Source: an uncultured Actinomycetota bacterium
Lineage (GTDB): Bacteria > Actinomycetota > Actinomycetes > Mycobacteriales > SCTD01
NCBI GenBank assembly: GCA_963806415.1
Contig: CAWDYD010000005.1
Coordinates: forward strand, 2,326,115 to 2,390,114
Reading direction: 5' to 3'
DNA length: 64,000 nucleotides
Positions 21,846-32,452 of this stretch are shown piece after piece. Under the pieces are notes generated by a model. It was not told the origin of the DNA. It did no database searches and was given only the letters and a program-made list of their open reading frames with translations. Made by a program: the position numbers and the translations under genes. Numbering within the stretch: position 1 is the first letter of the stretch; each line of letters starts with the position of its first letter.

Positions 21846-23682
21846 TCAGCGAGTGGCGGGCTCGGCGGTCCGGCTGAGCCGACGCCAGATCCAGCTCGCC
21901 GGCACGTGCCGGCCGGAGAGCACGTACTCGCGCGGCCGCGTCGACGACCAGGGTCGTCTCCAGCGCCCGCCGGGCGTGACGGCCGGCCGGCGAGCAGCAG
22001 CTCGTCCCCGGCGGCCAGCAGGAAGTCGTCGTCCGGGGTCAGCATCGCGCCCGGCCGTCGCGGCGGACCGAGCAGCGGCACGGCGTGCAGCGCGCCGTCC
22101 CGGTCCTCGGGGTTGCGCAGCAGGTCGCCGAGGCGGGCCGTCGCCGGCGCGCCAGCCACGCGGCGCAGCGCCGGCGCCTCCGCCGGCGGTGAGGCGCACC
22201 TTCCACAGCGCCTGCAGGCCGCCGCCCGCACTCGCCGGTCAGCCGGTCGATCACCTCGGCCGCCCACTCGTCGCCCCGCGCCGGCATCTCCTGCAGGAAC
22301 CGCCACAGCAGCGGGGTGCTCAGCTGCGCGTAGACCTCGTGCGCGACCACCTCGGTCGGCACCAGCAGCGCGTCGATGTCGCATCGCCGCGAACAGCGGG
22401 GCGCTGGCGGGCTGGTTCTGCCGGGCGGCGACGAAGAGGCCCGGGTTGAGCCGGCGGGCCGCCGCGACCAGCGACAGGTTGGTGGTGTCGTTGTCGGTGC
22501 CGGCGACGAAGCCGACCGCCGCGCCGAGCGTCGGCCCGGGCCATCACGCCGGGCTCGGAGCCGTCCCCGCACGACCGCGGTCGTCGTCGGCGACCGTCGC
22601 GTCGGCTCGATGACGGTGACCTCGAGGCCCTCCGCGCGCAGGTCGGCGGTGAGCTCGCGGCCGAACCGGCCGTACCCGCAGACCACCCAGCGCCCGTGCG
22701 GTCGGCGGCGACCGCGCGGGCGGCAGCTCCGCGCCCGGGCCCGCTCTCCAGCCAGGTCAGCAGCTGGTAGGACGCCGGCGCCCGCAGGGCCAGCCGCAGG
22801 TGGTCGCCGAACCGGTCGAACGGGTTGACCACGCGTCGGGGTGCCGAAGGCCTGCATCCGGTCGCGCGATCGCCGGCGACGACGGTGCGGGCGATCACCG
22901 GCAGGTCGGGGCGCAGCAGCGCGGCCGCCATCGTGACCGCGAGGTTGACCTCGTCGTCGTCGGTCAGCGCCAGCACGCCCTCGCAGCAGGCCGGTGGCCG
23001 AGCCCGGCGACGCCGAGGTGGTCCGGGGTTGCCGGCGTCGCCGACCAGGCCGGGCACGTCGGCGTGGTACGAGTCGAGGTCGAGCGCGTCGATCCGCTCG
23101 TGCGGTCGGTCGATGACGACGAAGCGGCGGCCCAGCGCGTCGAACGAGCGGCCCGAGCAGCTCGCCGGTCTGGCCGTACCCGGCGATCAGCAGGAACGGC
23201 TCGCGCAGCCGGGCCACCTTGCGGGTGAAGCGCTGCAGCGCCAGCGCCTGCCGGAACGCGCGGTCCTGCAGCAGCGCCAGCAGCGAGCCGATCGCGTACG
23301 CCCAGCCGATCACCGTCAGGTAGATCGAGACGGTCACCCACATCCGCTGGGCGTCGGTGAACGGGTAGCGGGAGCTCGCCGAAGCCGATCGTCGTCGCGG
23401 TGTAGCTCATGAAGTAGAACGCGTCGAAGAAGCCCATCCGCGCACGGCTCGGCCCGCGGCGTCCACGCCCGGGGATGAGGCGTCAGCCCGAGCACGCTGA
23501 CGGCGAAGATCAGGATCAGCATGATCAGCGGCGCCCGCATCCGGCGCAGGATCAGGAAGATCGTCGCCGACGCCTGCACGGCGGACGCGACCGGCGGCCG
23601 CCGGCGCGCGCACCGGGCCGGGCGCCGGCTCGTCGCCGGCCGAAGCAGCCGGCGCCAGCAGGACGAGCAGCGGGTTGCCCAC
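21846..23682 (-). pseudogene. potassium-channel family protein (2-TM pore plus RCK/TrkA-N domains); heavily frameshifted as sequenced
   Basis: IFLILRRMRAPLIMLILIFAVSVLGL, pore region MGFFDAFYFMSYTATTIGFGELP, MWVTVSIYLTVIGWAYAIGSLLALLQDRAFRQAL..EPFLLIAGYGQTGELLG (RCK Rossmann), CEGVLALTDDDEVNLAVTMAAALLRPDLPVIAR, RWVVCGYGRFGRELTADLRAEGLEVTVIE (second RCK). Confidence 0.75.
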
Positions 23683-23694
23683 CGGCGCCTCCGC

Positions 23695-24083
23695 TCAGCC
23701 GCGGTGGAAGGACGACGGTCTCGACGACGAGCAGCACGACCGAGACGATGTTGGCGAACAGCGCGCCGCCGGACAGCGAGACGACGCTCGCCGTCGCCGC
23801 CGCGGTCAGCCCGTGCCGGCGAGACGTGCGAGGCGTAGCCCAGGACAGCGCGGCCGCCGATCAGCTGCAGGTCGGCCACCAGGCTGGTGGCCAGGTGCAC
23901 CGCGCCGATCTGCGTGCGGTCGCCGAACTTCAGCACGGTCGCGATGAGGTTGACCACGACCGCCGCGAACAGCTCGTACACGTTGTGCAGCGCCGGGTCG
24001 GAGATGTCGCCGAGGAAGAAGCCGAAGTTCAGCGTCGCGGCGAGCAGCACGAAGAAGCCGAAGACCACCTTCTCGAGGTTCAA
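23695..24083 (-). pseudogene. small integral membrane protein upstream of the K+ channel gene; frameshifted
   Basis: (TTG start) NLEKVVFGFFVLLAATLNFGFFLGDISDPALHNVYELFAAVVVNLIATVLKFGDRTQIGAVHLATSLVADLQLI, then VSLSGGALFANIVSVVLLVVETVV in another frame. Its TGA lies 12 nt before the channel GTG. Confidence 0.5.
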
Positions 24084-24168
24084 CCGGGCTCCAGGTGCCG
24101 GACGCGACGGGGCGCGGCCCGCTCACTCTCCGTCTACCACATCCTGGGGCGGTGCGGGGCGAGCCGGG

Positions 24169-24250
24169 TGCGCGGTGGGGGACTCGAACCCCCACGCCCG
24201 AGGGCGGCGGCACCTAAAGCCGCAGCGTCTGCCAGTTCCGCCAACCGCGC
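24169..24250 (-). tRNA. tRNA-Leu (anticodon UAG)
   Basis: The reverse complement gcgcggttggcggaactggcagacgctgcggctttaggtgccgccgccctcgggcgtgggggttcgagtcccccaccgcgca folds as a cloverleaf. It has acceptor GCGCGGT/ACCGCGC, anticodon stem GCGGC/GCCGC with loop TTTAGGT, a long variable arm and T-arm GGGGGTTCGAGTCCCCC. Confidence 0.92.
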
Positions 24251-24263
24251 CGGTGCCCGCAGC

Positions 24264-24761
24264 CTAGGCGGCCGGCCCGTTCGCCGCGGGCAGCCCCAGC
24301 TCGCGGCGCAGCTTGGCCACGTGGCCCTTGGCCCGGACGTTGTACGACGCGGCCTGCACGACGCCGCGCTCGTCGAGGACGAACGTCGAGCGGATCACCC
24401 CGGTCACGGTCCTGCCGTACAGCTGCTTCTCCCCGTACGCCCCGAAGGCGGCCAGCACCTCGCGACCCGGGTCGGACAGCAGCGGGAAGCGCAGGTCGTG
24501 GGCGTCCCGGAAGGCGGCCAGCCGTTCCGGCGGATCCGGTGACAGCCCGACCACGGTGATCCCGGCGTCGGCGAAGGCGTCCAGACCGGCCTCGAAGTCG
24601 ACGGCCTGGCCGGTGCAGCCGGGGGTGCCCGCCGCCGGGTAGACGTACAGCACGGTGCGCCGGCCGGCCAGGTCGGCCAGCCGCACCGTGCGCCCGTCGG
24701 CGTCCGGCAGGGCGAAGTCGGGGGCCGGGTCGCCGGGCGACAGCCGGGGGGTCTCGGTCAT
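24264..24761 (-). CDS. bcp: thioredoxin-dependent thiol peroxidase (peroxiredoxin Bcp)
   Basis: MTETPRLSPGDPAPDFALPDADGRTVRLADLAGRRTVLYVYPAAGTPGCTGQAVDFEAG..AGITVVGLSPDPPERLAAFRDAHDLRFPLLSDPG. Intact. Confidence 0.88.
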   Translation of the reverse strand: MTETPRLSPGDPAPDFALPDADGRTVRLADLAGRRTVLYVYPAAGTPGCTGQAVDFEAGLDAFADAGITVVGLSPDPPERLAAFRDAHDLRFPLLSDPGREVLAAFGAYGEKQLYGRTVTGVIRSTFVLDERGVVQAASYNVRAKGHVAKLRRELGLPAANGPAA

Positions 24762-24778
24762 GGCGCGATCGTGCCGGG

Positions 24779-25676
24779 TCAGCGGGCGGACAGCGCGACA
24801 GGGGTCGGGGCCGGGGCGCCGCCGTGGTCGTCGAGCCCGGCCGTGCGGCGCAGCGTCCGGCCGCGGGTCACGACCAGCGCGACCAGGAAGACCAGCGCGT
24901 TCGTCAGCACGATCGTGGTGCCGGACGGGATCTCCAGGTGGTAGGAGGCGTACATCCCGACGCCGCCGGCCGCGGTGCCGATCGCGGTGGAGATCCACAG
25001 CATCCGGCCGAACGAGTCGCTGAGCATCCGGGCGACGACCGCCGGGATGACCAGCGTGGCGGCGACCAGCGTGACCCCGATGATCGACAGCGTCGCCAGG
25101 ATCGACACCGACAGCACCAGCATCAGCAGCGCGTCCATCCGGCGCACCGGCACCCCGGACACGTCGGCGACGTCCGGGTCGAAGGTGGAGAACAGGAACT
25201 GCCGGTACAGGCCGGTGAAGGCGGCGACGGCGAAGGCCAGGGCCCCGACCAGCAGCCACAGGTCGCTGCTGCGCGACCCCGTTGATGCTGCCGAACAGCA
25301 GGGCGTCGAACGCCGGGCCCTTGGTGCCGAACCGGGTGAGCAGGGCGACGCCGAGCGCGAACGACGCCGTCGTGACGACGCCGATCGCCGCGTCGGCGCC
25401 GATCCGCCGGCTCCGGGTCACGGCGTTGATGGCCAGCGCCGAGGCCAGACCCCACAGCCCGGCGCCGAGCACGATCGGCACGCCGAGCAGCGGGGCGGCG
25501 GCGTACCCGCCGAAGATGGCGTGCGACAGGCCGTGGCCGATGTAGCTCATCCCGCGCAGCGTGATGAAGACGCCGATCAGGCCGCAGAGCGCCCCGGCGA
25601 GCAGGGCCGCGACCAGCCCGCGGACGAAGAACTGGTAGCCGAAGGGGTCGAGGAACGCCTGCCACAGCCCGTTCAT
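24779..25676 (-). pseudogene. metal ABC transporter permease (ZnuB/MntB/TroCD family); one frameshift near 25280
   Basis: MNGLWQAFLDPFGYQFFVRGLVAALLAGALCGLIGVFITLRGMSYIGHGLSHAIFGG.., then VSGVPVRRMDALLMLVLSVSILATLSIIGVTLVAATLVIPAVVARMLSDSFGRML. Confidence 0.85.
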
Positions 25677-26446
25677 CACGACACCGGCCGCAGGCTCGCG
25701 CCGCCGGGGCTGTCCACGACGACCGGCATGCCGAGGTGCTGCAGCACCTCCATCCGGGCGCCGAAGGTCCGCTCCAGCACGTCCGGGACGATCACCTCGG
25801 CGGGGGTGCCGTGCGCGACGACCCGGGCGTGCAGCGCCAGCAGCTGCGGCAGGTGCGCGGCCATCCCGTTCAGGTCGTGCGTGGTGAGCACGATCGCGAG
25901 CCCCTCCCGGTTGAGGTCGTCGAGCAGGTGCAGCACCTCGTGCCGGGTCTGCACGTCGACGCCGGAGGTCGGCTCGTCGAGCAGCAGCAGCTGCGGCCGG
26001 CGCAGCAGCGCGCGGGCCAGGAACATCCGCTGCTGCTGCCCGCCGGACAGCTCGCGGATGTGCCGGCTGCCCAGCTCGCCGATCCCGAGCCGCTCCAGCG
26101 CGGCCGCGACGTCGGCCTTCTCCTCGCGGGTCGGCCACGGCACCAGGCGGCGCGACGGCCGCGACATGAGCACGCACTCGTCGACGGTGACCGGGAAGTT
26201 CCAGTTCGACCGTCTCCAGCTGCGGGACGTAGCTCACCGCGGTGCCCGGCGGCGCGGACGAGCCGTCCGGCGCTCGGCCGCTCGGTGCCCAGCAGCAGGC
26301 GCAGCAGGCTGGTCTTGCCGGAGCCGGAGGGCCCGACGATCCCGGTGAAGGCGCCCGGCTCGACGGCCCAGCGTGACGTCGCTGCAGCACCGGCGGCCCG
26401 CCGTAGCCGAACGGTCACGCCGTCCAGGCGGACGAGCGCGCGTCAC
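25676..26446 (-). pseudogene. metal ABC transporter ATP-binding protein; frameshifted
   Basis: VEPGAFTGIVGPSGSGKTSLLRLLLG (Walker A), VSYVPQLE, IRELSGGQQQRMFLARALLRRPQLLLLDEPTSGVD (signature/Walker B), AIVLTTHDLN. The GTG start overlaps the stop of the binding-protein gene. Confidence 0.85.
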
Positions 26447-27453
26447 TGCGGGTAGTCCGCGGTGTCGGGCGTGACGTCGGAGACGTCCAGGGCGTCCAGC
26501 GCCGCCGTCGTCCCGCCCAGCGCCGAGACCATCGTGCGGAAGTCGTAGCGCATCAGCCCGAGCCAGGAGTGCTCCGGGTCGCCGGGCGCGCCGGGCAGGT
26601 CGTCGTCGCGCAGGGTGTCCTCGTAGCGGGCGCCGGTCTCCTGGGCGATCTGCTCCAGCACCGCGGAGGGGAACACCTCGGAGCCGAAGATCACCGGCAC
26701 GTTCGCGCTCCCGGACCTGGTCGACCAGCCGGGCGATCTCCTTGGGCTGCGGGTCCTCGAAGTTCGACGGCTGCACCGCCCCGATGACGGTCCAGCCGTA
26801 GTCGCGCGCGAAGTAGGCGTACGCGTCGTGGTAGGTCAGCAGCTCCCGCTTGCCGCCCGGGATGGTGGCCTGGTCGGCGCGCATCGCCTCCGACAGCGCG
26901 GTGGCCTTGGCGACGAACGCGTCGTGGTTGCGGTCGTAGGTCGCCCGGCCCTCCGGGTCCTGCGCGGCCAGCGTGTCGCGGACCAGCCCGGCGTACCGGA
27001 TGGCGAGAAGCGGGTCGGTCCACAGGTGCGGGTTGGGCTTGCCGTCCTCGCGCGGGAAGGAGAAGTCGTAGAGGTACTCCGACTCGGGCAGCGTCGTCGT
27101 GCCGAGCTCGACGACCACGGCGTCCGGGGCGTTGGTCTCGGGCGAGCGCCAGCGTCGGGTCCTCGAGCTTGCAGCCCGTTGACGAACACGACGTCGGCCC
27201 GGGACAGCAGCGTGGAGACCTGCGGGGGCGGCTCGTAGGTGTGGCTGTTGGTGCCCTCCGGGACGATGCCGGACAGCCGGATCCGGTCGCCGCCGACGTT
27301 CGCGACGATCGAGGTGAGCGGCGCGACGGTGGTGACCACCTCGAGCGCTCCGCTCGCGTCGGCGGTGCCGCCGGCGTCGGCGCCGCCGCACGCGGCCAGC
27401 AGGGCCAGGGGGAGCGCGGCGAGAGCCAGGGCCGGCCGACGGTGCAGGATCAC
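26443..27453 (-). pseudogene. metal ABC transporter substrate-binding lipoprotein (ZnuA/MntC/TroA family); two frameshifts
   Basis: Lipobox LALLAACGG, then LEVVTTVAPLTSIVANVGGDRIRLSGIVPEGTNSHTYEPPPQ, PNPHLWTDPLLAIRYAGLVRDTL, LLTYHDAYAYFARDYGW, VPVIFGSEVFPSAVLEQIAQETG. Confidence 0.85.
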
Positions 27454-27477
27454 GCCGCCACGCTAGTGCCGCGAAGT

Positions 27478-27504
27478 CCTTGTTGCCACTCGGTCGCAGC
27501 AAGG
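27478..27504. promoter_or_regulatory. inverted repeat in the upstream region of the metal-uptake operon (possible operator or 5'-UTR hairpin)
   Basis: ccttgttgc (27478-27486) and gcagcaagg (27496-27504) match at 8 of 9 positions as an inverted repeat. It lies 25-50 nt upstream of the GTG at 27453 on the minus strand. Confidence 0.3.
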
Positions 27505-27650
27505 GCCGCCGGCGTCGCCGGACCGGGCCGATGCCATGATCCGGGGGCGGCTGCGGGGTTCCGCACCGGCGGACCCGGGCACGAGGGGCGGGATACGCCG
27601 TCCGCGCCTGCGCGGGCCGCGAACACGACAGCGGCAGAACGGGAGTCAGG

Positions 27651-28148
27651 GTGGCCAGCGAGCGCAACGACGGCAACGGTCAGGCGAACCGGAGTCCGGA
27701 CGCCCTGGTCGCCGAGATCGAGCGCACCCGCGAGGAGCTCGCGGTGACCCTCGACGCGATCGTCGACCGGGTCAGCCCCAAGCGCGCCGCCTCCCGCGGC
27801 GTGGAGCGGGCCAAGGAGCTCGCCGGGCAGGCGGCCGGGGTGGCCTGCGAGAAGGCGTCGCTCGCCCGCGACGCCGTCGAGGACAAGGTCGCCGAGCTGC
27901 GCGGCGAGCCGGTGCGGCAGCGGCCGTCGCCGGCCGCGGTGATCGACCCGGTCGTCGCCGGGCCGGAGCGGCCCGCGCTGCCGCCCACCAGCGGCGTCCG
28001 GGTGCCGGTCCTGGCCCCGCGGACCTCGGGCTCGGGCCTGCCGGCCGACGGCGTGGCCGGCACCGGCATCCCGCGCGAGGCGCTGGTCGGAGCGGCGGCC
28101 GCGTCGCTGGTCGCGCTCTGGTTGCTGCGCCGCCGCCGCGGCGCCTGA
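27651..28148 (+). CDS. DUF3618 domain-containing protein
   Basis: SPDALVAEIERTREELAVTLDAIVDRVSPKRAASRGVERAKE, plus a C-terminal hydrophobic segment ALVGAAAASLVALWLLRRRRGA. Confidence 0.7.
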   Translation: MASERNDGNGQANRSPDALVAEIERTREELAVTLDAIVDRVSPKRAASRGVERAKELAGQAAGVACEKASLARDAVEDKVAELRGEPVRQRPSPAAVIDPVVAGPERPALPPTSGVRVPVLAPRTSGSGLPADGVAGTGIPREALVGAAAASLVALWLLRRRRGA

Positions 28149-28159
28149 CCGGCCCGGAC

Positions 28160-28657
28160 GTGAGGCGGCCTGCGCCGGACCCGTCCGGCCCGGGGCAGGA
28201 GTCGGTGTGGGACTACCCCCGGCCGCCGCGGGTGGACGCCGACCCGCGGGAGGTCGTCGTCGTGCTGGGCGGCGTCGAGGTGTGCCGGACGCGCGGCGCC
28301 CTCCGGGTGCTGGAGACCAGCCATCCGCCGACCTGGTACCTGCCGGCGGACGACTGGGCGCCCGGCGCGCTCGTGCCGGCCGACGGCTCGTCCTACTGCG
28401 AGTGGAAGGGCGTCGCCGGCTACCTCACCGTCCTCGGCGGCGGGCGCCGCGCCGAGGCCGCCGCCTGGACCTATCCCGATCCCGATCCGGCCTACCGGGT
28501 GCTGCGCGGGGCCGTCGCGGTCTACCCGGCGGCGATGGACTCCTGCACGGTCGACGGGGAGCGGGTCCGCCCGCAGGCCGGCGGCTTCTACGGCGGCTGG
28601 GTCACCGACGACGTCGTCGGCCCGTTCAAGGGGGTGCCGGGCTCGCAGTACTGGTGA
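28160..28657 (+). CDS. DUF427 domain-containing protein
   Basis: ESVWDYPRPPRVDADPREVVVVLGGVEVCRTRGALRVLETSHPPTWYLPADD..SSYCEWKGVAGYLTV..AAWTYPDPDPAY..FYGGWVTDDVVGPFKG. Confidence 0.75.
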   Translation: MRRPAPDPSGPGQESVWDYPRPPRVDADPREVVVVLGGVEVCRTRGALRVLETSHPPTWYLPADDWAPGALVPADGSSYCEWKGVAGYLTVLGGGRRAEAAAWTYPDPDPAYRVLRGAVAVYPAAMDSCTVDGERVRPQAGGFYGGWVTDDVVGPFKGVPGSQYW

Positions 28658-28775
28658 GTACGGCCGGGGTCCGGGAGTGGGGTAGGCCACACCGGGCATG
28701 GCTGCACGCCGGGCGGTGTTGGAGCACTCTGGAAGCACCGTGTCCCGCATTGCCGCCGCCCCCGGAGGAGAGCTC

Positions 28776-30247
28776 GTGACCACGCCGCAGGAGTCCCCGA
28801 CCGCGACGGACCGCCCGGTGCGCGTGGCGATCGTCGGCGCGGGCCCGGCCGGCGTCTACGTCGCCGACGTGCTCATGAAGTCGGGCACGAACGTCTCGAT
28901 CGACCTGTACGAGCGCCAGCCCGCGCCGTACGGCCTGATCCGGTACGGCGTCGCGCCCGGACCACCCGCGCATCAAGGGGATCATCAACGCGCTGCGCCA
29001 GGTGCTGTCGCAAGCCGCAGGTGCGGCTGCTCGGCAACGTCGAGTACGGCGTCGACATCAAGCTCGACGACCTGCGCGAGCACTACGACGCGGTGGTGTT
29101 CACCACCGGCGCCGAGAAGGACCGCGACCTCGACATCCCCGGCGTCGACCTGCCGGGCAGCTTCGGGGGCGCCGAGTTCGTCTCCTGGTTCGACGGGCAC
29201 CCCGACGTGCCCCGCGACTGGCCGCTGGAGGCCGAGAAGATCGCGGTCGTCGGCGCCGGCAACGTCGGCCTCGACGTCGCGCGGATGCTGTCCAAGACCG
29301 CCGACGAGCTGCTGGTCACCGAGATCCCGGACAACGTGTACCAGGGCCTGAAGGCCTCGCCGGTGCAGGAGGTGCACGTCTTCGCCCGCCGCGGGCCGGC
29401 CCAGGCCAAGTTCACCCCGCTGGAGCTGCGCGAGCTCGACCACTCGCCGAACGTCGAGGTGCTGATGGCACCGGAGGACTTCGAGCTGGACGCCGGCAGC
29501 GTGTCGTCGGTGAACAGCGACAACCAGACCAAGCTCGTCGTCCGCGAGCTGGAGCGGTACGCGATGCGCACTGCCGAGAACGGCCTGGGGGAGCGCCCCC
29601 GCAAGCTGTTCCTGCACTTCTTCGAGAGCCCCGTCGAGATCTACGGCGACGGCAAGGTCGAGGGCTTCCGGACCGAGCGCACCGAGCTGACCGGGGACGG
29701 CAACGTCCGCGGCACCGGGGAGCTGCACGACTGGCCCGTGCAGGCGGTCTACCGCTGCGTCGGCTACCGCAGCACCGAGCTGGCCGACCTGCCGTGGGAC
29801 AGCCGCAACCACGTGGTGCCGCACGCCGCCGGGCGGGTCCTCGACCTGGAAGGCAGCGCCATCCCGGGCCTGTACGTCAACGGCTGGGTCAAGCGCGGAC
29901 CTGTCGGCCTGATCGGGCACACGAAGGGCGACGCCATCGAGACCGTCGGCAGCCTGCTGGCCGACCTCGAGGCGGGCGCGGTGCCTCGGGCGCCGCAGCC
30001 CGACCCGGACGCCGTGCTCGAGCTGCTCGAGGGCCGGGGCCTGCGGTACACCACCTGGCAGGGCTGGGACCTGCTGGACGCGCACGAGATCTCGCTCGGC
30101 GAGCCGCACGGTCGCGCCCGGGTCAAGGTCGTCGACCGGGAGACCATGATCGAGGTCAGCCGGGCGGTCGCGCAGGCGCGCGCCGAAGGCGACGAGGTCG
30201 CCGAGGCCGAGGCGCTGGAGCGCTTCGACGAGGCCGCGTCGGGCTGA
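28776..30247 (+). pseudogene. NADPH-ferredoxin reductase, FprA/adrenodoxin-reductase type; two frameshifts near 28960-29010
   Basis: RBS GGAGGAG then [42 protein letters not shown] / HPRIKGII / [91 protein letters not shown]. The remaining 1.2 kb is intact. Confidence 0.85.
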
Positions 30248-30277
30248 CGTCCCGCGCCGAGGAGGGGCCGCCGGCGT

Positions 30278-30859
30278 TTGCCGGGGGCCCGGGGCGTGAA
30301 CACCGAGGCCGTTCCCCGTTCCCGCCCGGTCGGAGTCGTCGTGCCCGCAGTCCTGCCCCGCCAGCCCGCCCCGTCGCTCCGCGTGCCGCTGGTCGGCGGC
30401 GGCACCTACGACCTGTCCGAGCAGAAGCCCCGGCTGTTCAGCCTGGTGCTGTTCTACCGCGGCCTGCACTGCCCGCAGTGCCGCAAGCAGCTTGCCGAGT
30501 ACGACCGGCGCCTGGACGAGCTGCGGGACGCCGGGATCGACGCGGTCGTCGCGGTCAGCGGCGACGACCTCGACCGGGCCTCGCGCACCGTCCGCGAGTG
30601 GGAGCTGGAGCGGCTGGCCGTCGGCCACGGGCTGTCCGAGGCGGACATGCGCGCCTGGGGCCTGTTCGTCAGCAAGGGTGTCAAGGAGCCCGAGCCGGAG
30701 CTGTTCAGCGAGCCCGGCCTGTTCCTGGTCCGGCCCGACGGCACGGTCTACTCCGCGCACGTGCAGTCGACGCCGTTCGCCCGGCCGCACCTGGACAACC
30801 TGCTGTCGGCCGTCCGCTTCGTCGAGGAGAACGACTACCCGGCCCGCGGCGAGGCCTGA
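30278..30859 (+). CDS. peroxiredoxin-like / AhpC-TSA (redoxin) family protein
   Basis: FSLVLFYRGLHCPQCRKQLAEYDRRLDELRDAGIDAVVAVSGDD (CxxC), GLFLVRPDGTVYSAHVQSTPFARPHLDNLL. The true start may be GTG near 30341. Confidence 0.75.
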   Translation: MPGARGVNTEAVPRSRPVGVVVPAVLPRQPAPSLRVPLVGGGTYDLSEQKPRLFSLVLFYRGLHCPQCRKQLAEYDRRLDELRDAGIDAVVAVSGDDLDRASRTVREWELERLAVGHGLSEADMRAWGLFVSKGVKEPEPELFSEPGLFLVRPDGTVYSAHVQSTPFARPHLDNLLSAVRFVEENDYPARGEA

Positions 30860-30886
30860 GCCCCGCGCCTCAGCGGCGGGCCGGCG

Positions 30887-32416
30887 TCACGCGTAGGCGC
30901 AGACGTCCTCGACCGAGACCGGCGCCGCAGGCGACGGGGTCGGGGAGGCCGACGGGCCGGGTGCCCCGGTCGCCGAGGGGGTGGGCGTCGTCGGGGTCGA
31001 CGGCCGGGGCGTCGCCGGCGGCGGGGTCCTCAGGGCGTCCTGCACCGCGGTCCGGATCGCCGGGAAGTCCGGCCGGCCGACGTTGACCAGTGGCGGGGTG
31101 AAGGCCAGGCCCTGCAGCGGCTGCGAGGTGACCTTGAAGGCCAGCTTGACCAGGTCGGGCAGCAGCGACTGCGGGATGTCGGTGCGGACGGCGTCGGCCG
31201 TGCTGTTCGCGATCTTCTGGAAGTTGACCAGCACGGTCCGCGGGTCGGCCTGGCGCTGGATGGCGCCGATCAGGCAGCGCTGCCGCTGCACCCGCTCGTA
31301 GTCCGAGCTGTCGGAGCGCGACCGGGCGTACGCCAGGGCGGTGCCGCCGTTCATCTTCTGCAGCCCGGGCTCGATGTAGCCCGACGGGCGCACGTGGTTG
31401 CCGCGGGCATCCAGCCCGCCGATCGGCAGGCGGCGCTCGACCCGCAGCGTCACCCCGCCGAGGGCGTCGATGAGGTCGGAGAAGCCCTGCAGGTCGACCG
31501 ACGCGTAGTAGTCGACACTCAGGCCGAGCACGCCGGTGACCGCACTGCGCAGCGCCGTCATGCCGGGCTCGGGATCGCCGGGGAACAGCTCGGGGTGGTC
31601 GGTGCCGTAGGCGTACACGGCGTTGAGCAGGCATTCCGCGCACCGGAACCCGCGCGGGAACTGCCCGGCCATCACCGAGCCCTCCTCGAACGGCACCCGC
31701 TCGAGGTTGCGCGGCAGCGTGAACAGCACGGTCCGGCCGGTCCGGGTGTCCAGGCTGGCCAGCACCATCGTGTCGGTCCGGACGCCGGTCCGGTCGGGGC
31801 CGGCGTCGCTGCCGACCAGCAGCACGTTCAGCCGGCCCTGCGAGATCGGCCGGTCCGGCGGCGTGCTGCCCCCGCCGGAGCCGGCGGCGCCCGGCTGCCC
31901 GGCGAACACGTCGGTCACGAAGCTGCGCTGCACCTCGGCGTAGCGGGACACCACGGCGGCCGGCAGCGCGACCGCAGCGACCAGCAGCGCGGCGGTGCCC
32001 GTCGCCACCAGCCGGCCGGCGGCGCCGCGCCGGCCCGGCCGCGACAGGACGGCGGTCCACACGATCACCGCGGCCCAGGCTCCCGCGACGCCGATCGCCG
32101 CCCAGCGCACCGCGACGAGCAGGTCGGGACGCACCGCCAGGCTGGCGGCGGTGGCCGGGGACAGCAGCGCCGCCGCCGCGCCGACCGCCACGACGACCAG
32201 CGTGAGCAGCGCGAGGGTGACCAGGACCCAGCCGGTACGGCGGTGGCCGGTGGCCAGGTGCCCGGTCCCGGGCAGCACGGCCGAGCGTGCGATCAGGGAG
32301 GCGATCCGGCCCAGCCCGGGCGCCGGGGCCGGCTCGGGCAGCACCGTGGCGGCCGCCGGGGAGTCGCCCGATCCGTGCTCGCCGGCCGGGTCGCGGCCGT
32401 CGCGGGCGGGATCCAT
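30887..32416 (-). CDS. LCP (LytR-CpsA-Psr) family cell-envelope phosphotransferase
   Basis: Intact 509 aa with N-terminal TM segments, LNVLLVGSDAGPDRTGVRTDTMVLASLDTRTGRTVLFTLPRNL, YYASVDLQGFSDLIDALGGVTLRV, and a Pro/Thr/Ser-rich C-terminus. Confidence 0.88.
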   Translation of the reverse strand: MDPARDGRDPAGEHGSGDSPAAATVLPEPAPAPGLGRIASLIARSAVLPGTGHLATGHRRTGWVLVTLALLTLVVVAVGAAAALLSPATAASLAVRPDLLVAVRWAAIGVAGAWAAVIVWTAVLSRPGRRGAAGRLVATGTAALLVAAVALPAAVVSRYAEVQRSFVTDVFAGQPGAAGSGGGSTPPDRPISQGRLNVLLVGSDAGPDRTGVRTDTMVLASLDTRTGRTVLFTLPRNLERVPFEEGSVMAGQFPRGFRCAECLLNAVYAYGTDHPELFPGDPEPGMTALRSAVTGVLGLSVDYYASVDLQGFSDLIDALGGVTLRVERRLPIGGLDARGNHVRPSGYIEPGLQKMNGGTALAYARSRSDSSDYERVQRQRCLIGAIQRQADPRTVLVNFQKIANSTADAVRTDIPQSLLPDLVKLAFKVTSQPLQGLAFTPPLVNVGRPDFPAIRTAVQDALRTPPPATPRPSTPTTPTPSATGAPGPSASPTPSPAAPVSVEDVCAYA

Positions 32417-32452
32417 CCGATCAGCCTAATCTCCGGGCCGGACGGGGCGGCG

